Position numbers and translations under genes: made by a program. DNA of 64,000 bases. Origin: Mageeibacillus sp. UBA1212 (GTDB lineage Bacteria > Bacillota > Clostridia > UBA1212). The DNA lies in assembly GCA_002309655.1 (NCBI GenBank), contig DBXM01000051.1, forward strand, positions 2,856 to 66,855. Reading direction: 5' to 3'. The stretch's first letter is position 1. Every line of letters begins with the position of its first letter. The notes under the pieces were generated by a model, which searched no databases, was not told the origin of the DNA, and saw only the letters and a list, made by a program, of their open reading frames with translations. Positions 56,083 to 64,000 of the stretch are shown in pieces.

Positions 56083-58146
56083 TCATCCTCTGAAAACGAA
56101 CTCGAACCTGCCGCCCGGGGCCGCCTCGCCGTCCGTGTAGAGATTCAGGATCTCGCCTTCATTGTCGCCGGTAAGGTTGTTGTCGGTCCATTTATAGCCG
56201 AATTCAGCCGGCTTTCCGCCGAGTCCCAGGCCGAGAACGGTCCGCTCGATCCTTATCTGGATTATATTCCTGCGCACGTAAATGTCCGCTCCGCCGGCAA
56301 CCTCCCAGTTCCAGCCGCCTTTCGAACGCTCGACGACCGCCCTGCTGCCCTCGGGATTTACTCTGTTCACGACGAACTCGAACCCTTCCCAGGAGTCCGT
56401 TCCCGAGGCTTGAGTGTCGAGGAAGAGCCGCATCCAGCCCTCGCCGTCCGAAGCAGTGATCACGTCGGCGCACTCCGCGTAAAAATACACGAAATTGTCG
56501 TCGTAGGCAACCTTGACAGCCGCAACGTCGTTCCGCGCGGTGTTGTTCTTGTAGGTCTTCCCGCCGTAGCCCTTCGAACCGTTTTTGCGGCTTCTTTCAG
56601 TCGTGCTTCCCACGTACGTGTAGGTCGTGCCGACGTCGTCCCACTGGGAAATCTTTCCGCCGACGTCGATGGTCTTCTGCGCCGCGGGAACAACCGTATC
56701 CTCAACGCCCTTGAAGCGCCTTATGTTCTCGCACAGCTGGTAGTAATAGTAGTCGCGCATCTCGCCGAGAGAGGGCTCGCAGTCGCGGCTGTGTTCGGTG
56801 TCGAACTGGTCGACCATCGTGTTTTTAAGCGTCTTGTCGCCGGCCCAGGTTTCGGACCTGATCGCGACCCACTCGTTCCAGCCGGTGACGAAAATGAACT
56901 CCGGGTCGTTGTTGAGCGCGAAGTCCCACTGCTGCTGGAAGTTGATTCCGTAGTATTTCGAATTCGCGATATTTTTGTCGACAGTGACCACGCTGCCGTC
57001 TCCGAGCTTATAGGTGTAGCTGTAGTCGCCCTTCGCGTAGCTCCTGCCCATGACGTTGTAGCCGCTCATGGCGGTGATGCAGTTGCGCTTGTAGTCCGCG
57101 TTCTGGGCGACGCCCACCGTGATCTCCTCGACCGTGCCGTCCGGTTTTCTGTAGACGCACTGCGGGTAGACCGAGAGCCAGCCCCAGTAGCTGTTCGAGT
57201 TTTCGGTGCTGAAATACGTCGCCTCGTTGTACTTGAACGTAAAGAAATTCCTGATTTCCTTGTCTTTGCCGGACCACCCGAGAGCGTCGGGATACGCGAG
57301 AATCAGCGGTTTCCCGTTCCACATGAACCAGAGATCCTTGTATTTTTCCTGGGAATAGACCTTTTTGTAGAGCTCGCGCAGCTGCGTGTTGGAGTTGTCG
57401 CCCGGTCCGAACGGCAGCATGAATACGATGCACGGCGCGTTGACGCCCTCTTTCCTGGCCTGCCCGAACACCTCGAACAGCGCCGTGAACGACGCCTCCC
57501 ACAGGAAGGTTCCGTTCGTGTTGTCGAGAATGATGCAGTCGACGCCTGCGTCCGCAAGCAGCTCCGCCTGCTTTCTCAACACGTATCTGTCGGTCGTCGA
57601 GTAGTAATTGTAAATGGGCTCATCCCAGAAATGGTAACCGCCGACGCCCTTCCAGACCTTGTGGTTGTAGTCGTGGGTGGCCTTTTCGCGCTCCTCGTCC
57701 GACTCAAGCGTCGCGAGGATCTGGGTGACGTTCCTGATGCCGGTGGACAGCGAGAGCTCCTGATGCCAGGAGGAATAGAAAATGCCGACGAATTTCCCGT
57801 TTTGGGTACTTGACGGAACGGTGCCGGTTCTCAGGGTCGAAGAGTATTCCGTGCCGCCGTTCGAAAGCGTGCGCCCGAGGCCGTCGACAGCCGCGTAGCT
57901 TTCGGGGTGAACGAGTCCCAAGGCAACCTCCGTAACCGGATAGCGCGCCTCAATATCGTAGGCCTCTTCATCGGAAAGAGGCGCCGGCGTGACGTAAGGA
58001 GTCGCCGGCGGAGGCACCTCAGTAGGAATCTCAGTCGTCTTCGGAGCGGATCCTCCCGGGGCGCATCCCGCAAGAATTCCCGCGACCAAAACGGCCGCGA
58101 TTGCGAGCGACGCAGTCTTCTTTAAACCGGATAAATGTGAACGCAA
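56083..58146 (-). CDS. Large lipoprotein, probably a glycoside hydrolase with a TIM-barrel-like core and a C-terminal beta-sandwich domain.
   Basis: Lipobox LAGC. FVTGWNEW-type block. C-terminal Gly/Trp-rich beta-region. Confidence 0.45.
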   Translation of the reverse strand: MRSHLSGLKKTASLAIAAVLVAGILAGCAPGGSAPKTTEIPTEVPPPATPYVTPAPLSDEEAYDIEARYPVTEVALGLVHPESYAAVDGLGRTLSNGGTEYSSTLRTGTVPSSTQNGKFVGIFYSSWHQELSLSTGIRNVTQILATLESDEEREKATHDYNHKVWKGVGGYHFWDEPIYNYYSTTDRYVLRKQAELLADAGVDCIILDNTNGTFLWEASFTALFEVFGQARKEGVNAPCIVFMLPFGPGDNSNTQLRELYKKVYSQEKYKDLWFMWNGKPLILAYPDALGWSGKDKEIRNFFTFKYNEATYFSTENSNSYWGWLSVYPQCVYRKPDGTVEEITVGVAQNADYKRNCITAMSGYNVMGRSYAKGDYSYTYKLGDGSVVTVDKNIANSKYYGINFQQQWDFALNNDPEFIFVTGWNEWVAIRSETWAGDKTLKNTMVDQFDTEHSRDCEPSLGEMRDYYYYQLCENIRRFKGVEDTVVPAAQKTIDVGGKISQWDDVGTTYTYVGSTTERSRKNGSKGYGGKTYKNNTARNDVAAVKVAYDDNFVYFYAECADVITASDGEGWMRLFLDTQASGTDSWEGFEFVVNRVNPEGSRAVVERSKGGWNWEVAGGADIYVRRNIIQIRIERTVLGLGLGGKPAEFGYKWTDNNLTGDNEGEILNLYTDGEAAPGGRFEFVFRG

Positions 58147-58510
58147 AGCAGGTTCCTTCCTTTCGTTGTCTGGGAAAACACTGATTTAATGCTCTTTACG
58201 CAAGCGGCGAATAACTGACTGCACGTGATTGAGCGTTGCACGTTATTCTCTGCTGCGTTTAGTCGCATAAGGTGTCTAACGACAGATTTGCTGCCGCTTG
58301 CTTTTCGAGAGCTCCCCTCTCGCAGTACCTCTGTACAGCTTCGGGGTCGCGCTCGAAAAAATAGCTATTAACTCAGCGTTTTCCTTGAATTCGCTTTTAG
58401 CGCTTTAATGATACCTTTTGGACCGCTTTTTGTCAATAATAATATGACTGTTCGGGAAGAATCAATACCGTCAAAATCTGCCGAATTGGGCAGAAAATTG
58501 CCCGAAAGTA

Positions 58511-58539
58511 TTGACTTTTGCCCGAATTCGTTGTATAAT
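58511..58539 (+). promoter_or_regulatory. Strong sigma-A-type promoter for the XRE-Fic module, with flanking repeats.
   Basis: TTGACT-17 nt-TATAAT. Direct repeat ttgcccgaa at 58497 and 58518. Inverted repeat tgggca-gaaaat-tgccc at 58484-58500. Confidence 0.55.
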
Positions 58540-58567
58540 AAGCATATCATATCTAAGAGGTGGAACC

Positions 58568-58798
58568 ATGGCAGTCAACTATATGAAACTGTGGCATTTG
58601 CTTCTGGACAGAGGCCTGAAAAAGGTCGATCTTGAACGCATGTCCGGCATTTCACACTACACAACAAAAAGAATGACCAGAAACCAGAACATCCCTACCG
58701 ACGATCTCGGCCGTATCTGTCTTGCGCTCGAATGCAAAGTGGAAGATATTATTGAGTTTATACCCGACGAATCGTTTATTGCGGTACAAAACAACTGA
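58568..58798 (+). CDS. XRE-family helix-turn-helix transcriptional regulator (76 aa).
   Basis: SD aagaggtgg. HTH pattern [35 protein letters not shown]. Confidence 0.65.
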   Translation: MAVNYMKLWHLLLDRGLKKVDLERMSGISHYTTKRMTRNQNIPTDDLGRICLALECKVEDIIEFIPDESFIAVQNN

Positions 58799-58820
58799 CA
58801 AACCGGAGGACGAACCGTTC

Positions 58821-59672
58821 ATGAAAACATCAATCAGATTTTTTGAAGATACCGCGGTAAGAGCCGTCTGGGACGAAGAGAGTTCCAAATGGTGGTTTTG
58901 CGCCGCGGACATCGCGGAAGCGCTGACCAAAAGCAGGAATCCGCGCGTATATTGGGCAACCGTGAAACGAAGAAATCCTCAGTTGATTGCAATTTGCAAA
59001 CAACTGAAACTCAGAGCTTCCGACGGCAAAAAATACCTCACGGACGTTGTCGACGAAAGCGGTTTGAATACCGTTATCGCCCTGATTCCGAGCAAAAAGA
59101 GCGAAGTATTCTCAAAGTGGATGAAGAACCTTGAAACTTCTCTGGACGAGAAAAGCAGGCTGAAAGCGTACGAACTGTTCGACAGCGGCTTCATTGACTA
59201 CATCGAGGTTGGAACGGTCAAAGGGCTTCAGCAGATTCACGCGTATATTTTCGGCGGCCTTTACGATTTTGCCGGACAGATCCGGAAGCTGAACATAGCC
59301 AAGGGCGGCTTTGCGTTTGCGCCCGCAATGTATCTTGCCGAAAACCTTAAAACAATCGAGCGCATGCCCGGGAACACCTTCGAGGAAATCGTTGCAAAAT
59401 ACGTCGAAATGAACGTCGCCCACCCTTTCATGGAAGGCAACGGCAGAAGCACAAGGATATGGCTTGATCTTATACTTAAGAAGAATCTCAATCTGTGCGT
59501 CGACTGGAGCAAAGTCAACAAAAAAGACTACCTGGCCGCAATGCAGCGAAGCGTTGTCAACACGGACGCCATCACGGACCTTTTTCGCAACGCCCTTACC
59601 GGCGACATCGACAACCGCGAAATTATAATGAAAGGCATCGATTATTCGTATTACTACGAAGCGGAAGAATAA
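58821..59672 (+). CDS. Bro-N (KilA-N-like) domain fused to a Fic (AMPylation) domain.
   Basis: N-terminal Bro-N pattern [29 protein letters not shown]...ESGLNTVI...SEVFSKWM. C-terminal canonical Fic motif [14 protein letters not shown] ggagga. Confidence 0.75.
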   Translation: MKTSIRFFEDTAVRAVWDEESSKWWFCAADIAEALTKSRNPRVYWATVKRRNPQLIAICKQLKLRASDGKKYLTDVVDESGLNTVIALIPSKKSEVFSKWMKNLETSLDEKSRLKAYELFDSGFIDYIEVGTVKGLQQIHAYIFGGLYDFAGQIRKLNIAKGGFAFAPAMYLAENLKTIERMPGNTFEEIVAKYVEMNVAHPFMEGNGRSTRIWLDLILKKNLNLCVDWSKVNKKDYLAAMQRSVVNTDAITDLFRNALTGDIDNREIIMKGIDYSYYYEAEE

Positions 59673-59762
59673 CCAAATTATATGCACGCGTATATAAAAC
59701 AGTAGAAAAGCCCGTGCGGTTTTGCTATAATAACCACGATAAAAAATCAGGGAGAAAAAAGT

Positions 59763-62069
59763 ATGGGGAACTCTCGCAAGCAGCCGAATATTCTTAAAAC
59801 CGCGATCGTGTTCCTGCTCGCAGCCGCGATTGTGCTGCTCGTTGTAATTATGATCAAATCTGGAATCGACAAGTCTCGGGTTGAACCCGATCCCACCGGC
59901 GATATTATGGCGGGAACAGATTCCGCGTACGAAACAGGAAGTGTCGACGTAACCGGGGCACCCGAGGAGACAAACCCCGCGGAGACAGATCAGGGAGACA
60001 GTGAGACCCCGACTCCGTTCACGCCGGCAAACACTCCGGCACCTGCGGAGACCGCGACACCGGCAAATGTAACCGCTTCGCCCACGCCCACTCCTGCGCC
60101 GACAAACACCCCCACGCCGACTCCCACTCCGACGCCTACTCACACGCCGACTCCGACCCCCACGCCTACGCCCACGCCAACATCGGCCCAGCCTACAGGC
60201 AGTTCCGGAGTCACCAACGCGGAGCTTCTGGCGATGGAGCGCAAAAATCCTTCCAAGTCTTCAGGCGGTCTGATGATCTCCGAGGTGATGACATCCAACA
60301 CTCAGTTCGCGCCCCAGGGCGGCGAGTACTTCGACTGGGTCGAGCTGTACAACCCCGGCCCCGACACAGTGCGTCTTTCCGACTACACCCTCACCGACAG
60401 GATGAAAAAGACCGACAAGTTCCGGCTTCCCGACAGAACGCTGGCTCCCGGCGGCTACTATCTCATCTTCTGCTCCGGCGAAGGTACCGCCAACCGGGCG
60501 TCGTTTAAGCTCTCCTCCGACGGCGAGTCCGTCTACCTCTACAAGAACGGCGAGCTTCAGGACAGCGTCGACGTTCCGCTTCTCATCCAGAACACAACCT
60601 ACGCGAGATACGGTGAATCATGGGTCTATTCGGTTATTCCGACTCCCGAAAGCGCCAACGCGGCCGGCAGGAATTCCCTTCTCGCCCCGCCCGTTTCCAA
60701 CGTTAAAAGCGGCTGCTACACCGACCCGGTCACGATCACGCTTTCCGGTGCGGGAACGGTCTACTACACGACCGACGGCACCGCCCCGACGACCTCCTCG
60801 AAAGTCGCGAACGGTTCCATTACCGTCACGAAACCCCAGTCCATCCGCGCCATCTGCGTCAGCGACGGCGAGCAGAGTCCGGAGGCATATTTTACCTATA
60901 TTGTGGACAAAACGGCCACCACGCTCCCGATCGTGAACATCGCGGCCGACCTTGAATCCCTCTCCGCTCCGGGAGGCGTTTTCAGCGATCAGCACCAGCC
61001 CTACAAAGGCACCGAGGCGCCGATCCTCCTTACGCTCGTCGAAAACGGCGAGGTGAAATTCTCCGTTCCCTGCGGATTCAAGCTCCACGGCAACGACAGC
61101 CGCTACGGCGCGAAGCAGAATTTCCGACTGCGATTTAAATCCTCTTACGGCGCCAGCAAGCTTCGCTACAAGGTCTTTGAAAACAGGGAGATCTACGAAT
61201 TCGACTCGCTTCTTTTAAAGAGCGGCAGCGAGGACTACACCAGAACGATAATGCGCGACGAGCTGACCACCTCGCTTGTGGACGGAGCGACTTCCCTTTA
61301 CGTCCAGGCGTACAGACCTGTCACGCTTTACATCGACGGCGAGTACTGGGGTATTTACTACCTCCGCGAGCGTCTCGACGAAGACTACGTCGAGGACCAC
61401 ACAGGCTGGGATTCCTCAACGGTTGACGTTATAAAGAGCCTCGGCGAACTTGACGCCGGCTCGATGACCGACTTTTACGACGTCAGGCGCTTCTGCAATT
61501 CGCACGACATGACAGTCGCCGAAAACTACGAATACGCCTGCTCGCGCATCGACATCGACAACGTCATCGACTGGTACATCTGCCGCTCGTACTTCTCCGA
61601 CCACGACATCAGCAATATAAGAATGTTCCGCTCGCCCGACGGCGACAACAAGTGGCACTACATGTTCTACGACCTCGACTGGAGCCTCGACCCGCATTTC
61701 GCGACTGAGGGCTCGTTCACGTGGATCGTCGAGCACACCGAGGACAGCTTCTTCCAGCGACTGATGCTCAACGCTACGTTCCGCGATAAGCTGCTCCGCC
61801 GCCTTGCCGAGCTCAGGAAGACCATCCTGAACGAGGAACACATTCTCGCGGCGATCGACCACATTGCCGACATCATCCGGCCCGAGATAGAACGCGACAG
61901 AGTGCGCTGGGGCATCCGCCAGGGCAAGTGGCAGGAAAACCTGGAAGAACTCAAGGACTTCTTCAGGAACGGCAGCCGCGACACCGCCTACATGAACGAC
62001 ATCAAGAGCTTCTTCGGGCTCTCCGCCTCGCAGCTGATCTCGCAGTACGGCTTCGAGAACGTGAAATGA
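59763..62069 (+). CDS. Membrane-anchored CotH-family protein with a (TP)n linker and a lamin-tail domain.
   Basis: N-terminal TM, TPTPTP linker, LTD block LMISEVMTSN...DWVELYNPG and CotH core (WGIYYLRERLDEDYV, YFSDHDI). Confidence 0.7.
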   Translation: MGNSRKQPNILKTAIVFLLAAAIVLLVVIMIKSGIDKSRVEPDPTGDIMAGTDSAYETGSVDVTGAPEETNPAETDQGDSETPTPFTPANTPAPAETATPANVTASPTPTPAPTNTPTPTPTPTPTHTPTPTPTPTPTPTSAQPTGSSGVTNAELLAMERKNPSKSSGGLMISEVMTSNTQFAPQGGEYFDWVELYNPGPDTVRLSDYTLTDRMKKTDKFRLPDRTLAPGGYYLIFCSGEGTANRASFKLSSDGESVYLYKNGELQDSVDVPLLIQNTTYARYGESWVYSVIPTPESANAAGRNSLLAPPVSNVKSGCYTDPVTITLSGAGTVYYTTDGTAPTTSSKVANGSITVTKPQSIRAICVSDGEQSPEAYFTYIVDKTATTLPIVNIAADLESLSAPGGVFSDQHQPYKGTEAPILLTLVENGEVKFSVPCGFKLHGNDSRYGAKQNFRLRFKSSYGASKLRYKVFENREIYEFDSLLLKSGSEDYTRTIMRDELTTSLVDGATSLYVQAYRPVTLYIDGEYWGIYYLRERLDEDYVEDHTGWDSSTVDVIKSLGELDAGSMTDFYDVRRFCNSHDMTVAENYEYACSRIDIDNVIDWYICRSYFSDHDISNIRMFRSPDGDNKWHYMFYDLDWSLDPHFATEGSFTWIVEHTEDSFFQRLMLNATFRDKLLRRLAELRKTILNEEHILAAIDHIADIIRPEIERDRVRWGIRQGKWQENLEELKDFFRNGSRDTAYMNDIKSFFGLSASQLISQYGFENVK

Positions 62070-62091
62070 TTTCTTTGGAATAATATGACGC

Positions 62092-62131
62092 GAAGCCGCG
62101 CCGGGACGTCCCCGGCGCGGCTTCTGCTTTT
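62092..62131. terminator. Bidirectional terminator (perfect 16-bp palindrome).
   Basis: gaagccgcgccgggac|gtcccggcgcggcttc followed by tgcttttcc. A/T tract on the other side. Confidence 0.7.
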
Positions 62132-62156
62132 CCCTATATCTAGGTAATACTATAGC

Positions 62157-62882
62157 TTAATAATTCTGCTCCTTCAGGAACTCGATGCACCTGCGGGACT
62201 CGGAAATGCCGTCCGGATCAAGCCCCTCGCTCTCGACGATGATTCCCAATCCGAGCTCGACAGCTTTCTGAAGCACCGCCTTCACCGGCGCCTCGCCCTG
62301 CCCCAGCGACTTCCCGATGCCGCCCTTGAAGCCGTCCTTCAGGTGAATCAGGGAAATTCTCTTCTTCAACCTCTCAAGCATCTCAACCGGGTCGCGGCCG
62401 GCGTTGAACGCCCAGTAGGTGTCGATTTCGAACATTATGTCCGTGCGCTTCTCGAGCTCTTCGTGAATGATCTGACCGTCGGCGTTCGGGAAGAATTCGT
62501 GCGAGTGGTTGTGGTAGTGGAGCTTCATTCCCGCCGCCTCGAGAATCGGCTGCGCGCGGTTCACTATTTCGATAAATTCGTCGATTTTCGCCGCGGTCGA
62601 AAGGTCGTGTCCGGGAATAACGTAGTTCTCGCACCCGATCTCCCTGTGAAACGCGATGCTCTCCTGAATATATTCCGGTCTGAGGCCGTCCGCCCCCGAG
62701 TGCGTTCCGATCGCTTTCAGACCGTTTTCGTCGAGCATTCTTTTAATATCCGCGCCGGAGTGGCCGAAATAGCCGGCGAACTCGACCGTTTTGTAACCCA
62801 TTTCCGCAACCTTCGCGAGCGTTCCCTCAAGGTCGTCCGCGGTAAAATCTCTAACGCTGAAAAGCTGAAGTCCGTAATCCAT
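62157..62882 (-). CDS. Sugar phosphate isomerase/epimerase (xylose-isomerase-like TIM barrel).
   Basis: AP-endonuclease-2/TIM-barrel pattern with conserved His/Glu/Asp metal ligands (HYHNHSHE, IHLKD). Confidence 0.65.
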   Translation of the reverse strand: MDYGLQLFSVRDFTADDLEGTLAKVAEMGYKTVEFAGYFGHSGADIKRMLDENGLKAIGTHSGADGLRPEYIQESIAFHREIGCENYVIPGHDLSTAAKIDEFIEIVNRAQPILEAAGMKLHYHNHSHEFFPNADGQIIHEELEKRTDIMFEIDTYWAFNAGRDPVEMLERLKKRISLIHLKDGFKGGIGKSLGQGEAPVKAVLQKAVELGLGIIVESEGLDPDGISESRRCIEFLKEQNY

Positions 62883-63051
62883 AAAGAGTTACCTCCCTTA
62901 ATTTATTGTGGCTTTATTATACGACGCCGGCGCTCCGAAATCAACCGGAAAACGCTTGTTGAGCCCGCATTTGCGCGCATAGACTCTTGCTGCGCGAGCC
63001 GAAAAAGAGTATAATCCGTGTATAATAAAACTCTCAAAGGAGAATTCTTCA

Positions 63052-63861
63052 ATGGATATCAAACAGCTTTTCAACAGAGATCCTTCCGAGAAGCCGCTGG
63101 ACGTCATCAAGGACGACGGCGGATTCACTTCGATTTTCAGGACCGTTGCGGTCGTCGGCGACTCGCTCTCATCCGGCGAGCTCGAAGCAATCGAACCGGG
63201 CTGCCCGCGCACCTACCACGACTATTTCGACATTTCCTGGGGCCAGTACCTGGCGAGAATGGCGGGAATCACTGTCTACAACTTCACCCGCGGCGGCATG
63301 ACCGCCTCCGAGTACTGCAACTCCTTCGCGGACGCAATGGGCTACTGGGACAAGGCGAAGGCGGCTCAGGCCTACATTATCGCTCTCGGCTGCAACGACC
63401 TCGACGGCCTCAACCAGGAGATCGGTTCTGTCGACGACATCTGCGACGAAGACTGGCACTTCAACAAGCCCACGTTCGCCGGCTTTTTCGCGAAGATCAT
63501 CCAGCACTACAAAGAGATCCAGCACGACGCGGTGTTCTTCCTGGTGACCATGCCCGACGAAAACACCGCCTGGTACAACAGCAACCCAGATATCGCAAGG
63601 CGCCACAAGGGGCAGCACGACCTGATGCACGCCCTCGCGGAAAAGTTCTCCAACACCTACGTGATCGACCTTCACGAATACGGACCGGTCTACGACGAGG
63701 AATTCCACAAGCTGTTCTACACCGGCGGCCACCTGAACTCCGCGGGCTACTACCTAACTGCGAAAATGATCGGCTCGTACATCGACTACATCGTGCGCCA
63801 CAACATGGAAAAATTCAACCAGGCGGGATTTATCGGAACGCCTTACAGATACTGTGAATGA
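63052..63861 (+). CDS. SGNH/GDSL-family hydrolase.
   Basis: Block I VVGDSLSSG with catalytic Ser. Block III GCNDL. C-terminal DxxH-like region. Confidence 0.7.
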   Translation: MDIKQLFNRDPSEKPLDVIKDDGGFTSIFRTVAVVGDSLSSGELEAIEPGCPRTYHDYFDISWGQYLARMAGITVYNFTRGGMTASEYCNSFADAMGYWDKAKAAQAYIIALGCNDLDGLNQEIGSVDDICDEDWHFNKPTFAGFFAKIIQHYKEIQHDAVFFLVTMPDENTAWYNSNPDIARRHKGQHDLMHALAEKFSNTYVIDLHEYGPVYDEEFHKLFYTGGHLNSAGYYLTAKMIGSYIDYIVRHNMEKFNQAGFIGTPYRYCE

Positions 63862-63887
63862 TTACTTTTTAGCTATATAACAGAAAC

Positions 63888-63935
63888 GCGGAGTCCATCC
63901 CTGAACGATCCGGGAGGGGCTCCGCTTATTATTAA
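63888..63935. terminator. Terminator hairpin after the SGNH hydrolase gene, probably shared with a convergent gene entering from the window end.
   Basis: gcggag...(loop)...ctccgc stem followed by ttattatt. A possible minus-strand CDS terminates near 63958. Confidence 0.5.
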
Positions 63936-64000
63936 TAACAATGCCACCGGTTTTTTAAGACTCAAACCCGAGTCCGACCTCTTTCAGCATCTTCCTCAGG

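Noticed and set aside
1-64000. CRISPR arrays, rRNA or tRNA genes.
   Set aside because: No regularly spaced short direct repeats and no rRNA/tRNA-like conserved stretches were found in any intergenic region. The only tandem repeats are the 170-bp structured units and coding repeats.

Overview
This window looks like high-GC Firmicutes (Clostridia-like) chromosome, densely coded and mostly on the minus strand.

Backbone genes, in order along the window:
- A long minus-strand run starts with fakA (partial) and a DegV/FakB gene. It continues with a lipid-handling gene set: an alpha/beta hydrolase, a standalone ACP, two AMP-binding acyl-activating enzymes (one fused to a carrier domain) and two PlsC-type acyltransferases. 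The run ends with folD and ftsK.
- Further minus-strand genes are ilvE, plsY, der, a DUF512 PDZ/radical-SAM-like gene and rpmF.
- Next come two tandem MacB-like ABC ATPase-FtsX fusion genes, an RluA pseudouridine synthase, ybeY and phoH.
- The glycerol/glycerolipid block holds an MFS transporter, a lysophospholipase-like hydrolase, glpK, a DUF4091 gene and a Gfo/Idh/MocA oxidoreductase. Beyond the island lies a plus-strand operon of a GlpA-like FAD oxidoreductase, a pyridine-nucleotide-disulfide oxidoreductase and a DUF1667 gene.
- The last part of the window holds a CotH/lamin-tail protein, a sugar-phosphate isomerase and an SGNH hydrolase.

Accessory and unusual content:
1. A visibly AT-rich island (about 43.2-50.5 kb) carries a 2124-aa secreted RHS/YD-repeat polymorphic toxin. 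Its C-terminal domain after the RHS core has an HExxH motif plus hydrophobic helices. A small lipoprotein gene, a candidate immunity gene, follows it. The island interrupts the glycerol-utilisation neighbourhood.
2. A roughly 340-bp intergenic region (15.1-15.45 kb) holds two tandem ~170-bp units. Each unit folds into the same two stem-loops, with many compensatory base changes between the copies. This is a candidate structured RNA of unknown class.
3. The lipid operon looks like a duplicated, split version of the Aas system (acyltransferase plus acyl-ACP synthetase plus ACP), co-transcribed with FakA/FakB.
4. An XRE-family regulator is followed by a Bro-N-Fic fusion protein (canonical HPFxEGNGRxxR motif) behind a strong promoter with repeats and a short inverted repeat.
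5. Two PdaA-like polysaccharide deacetylase paralogues with (TP)n linkers flank a gene whose paralogue lies 14 kb away.

No tRNA, rRNA, CRISPR array, transposase or integrase was recognised.
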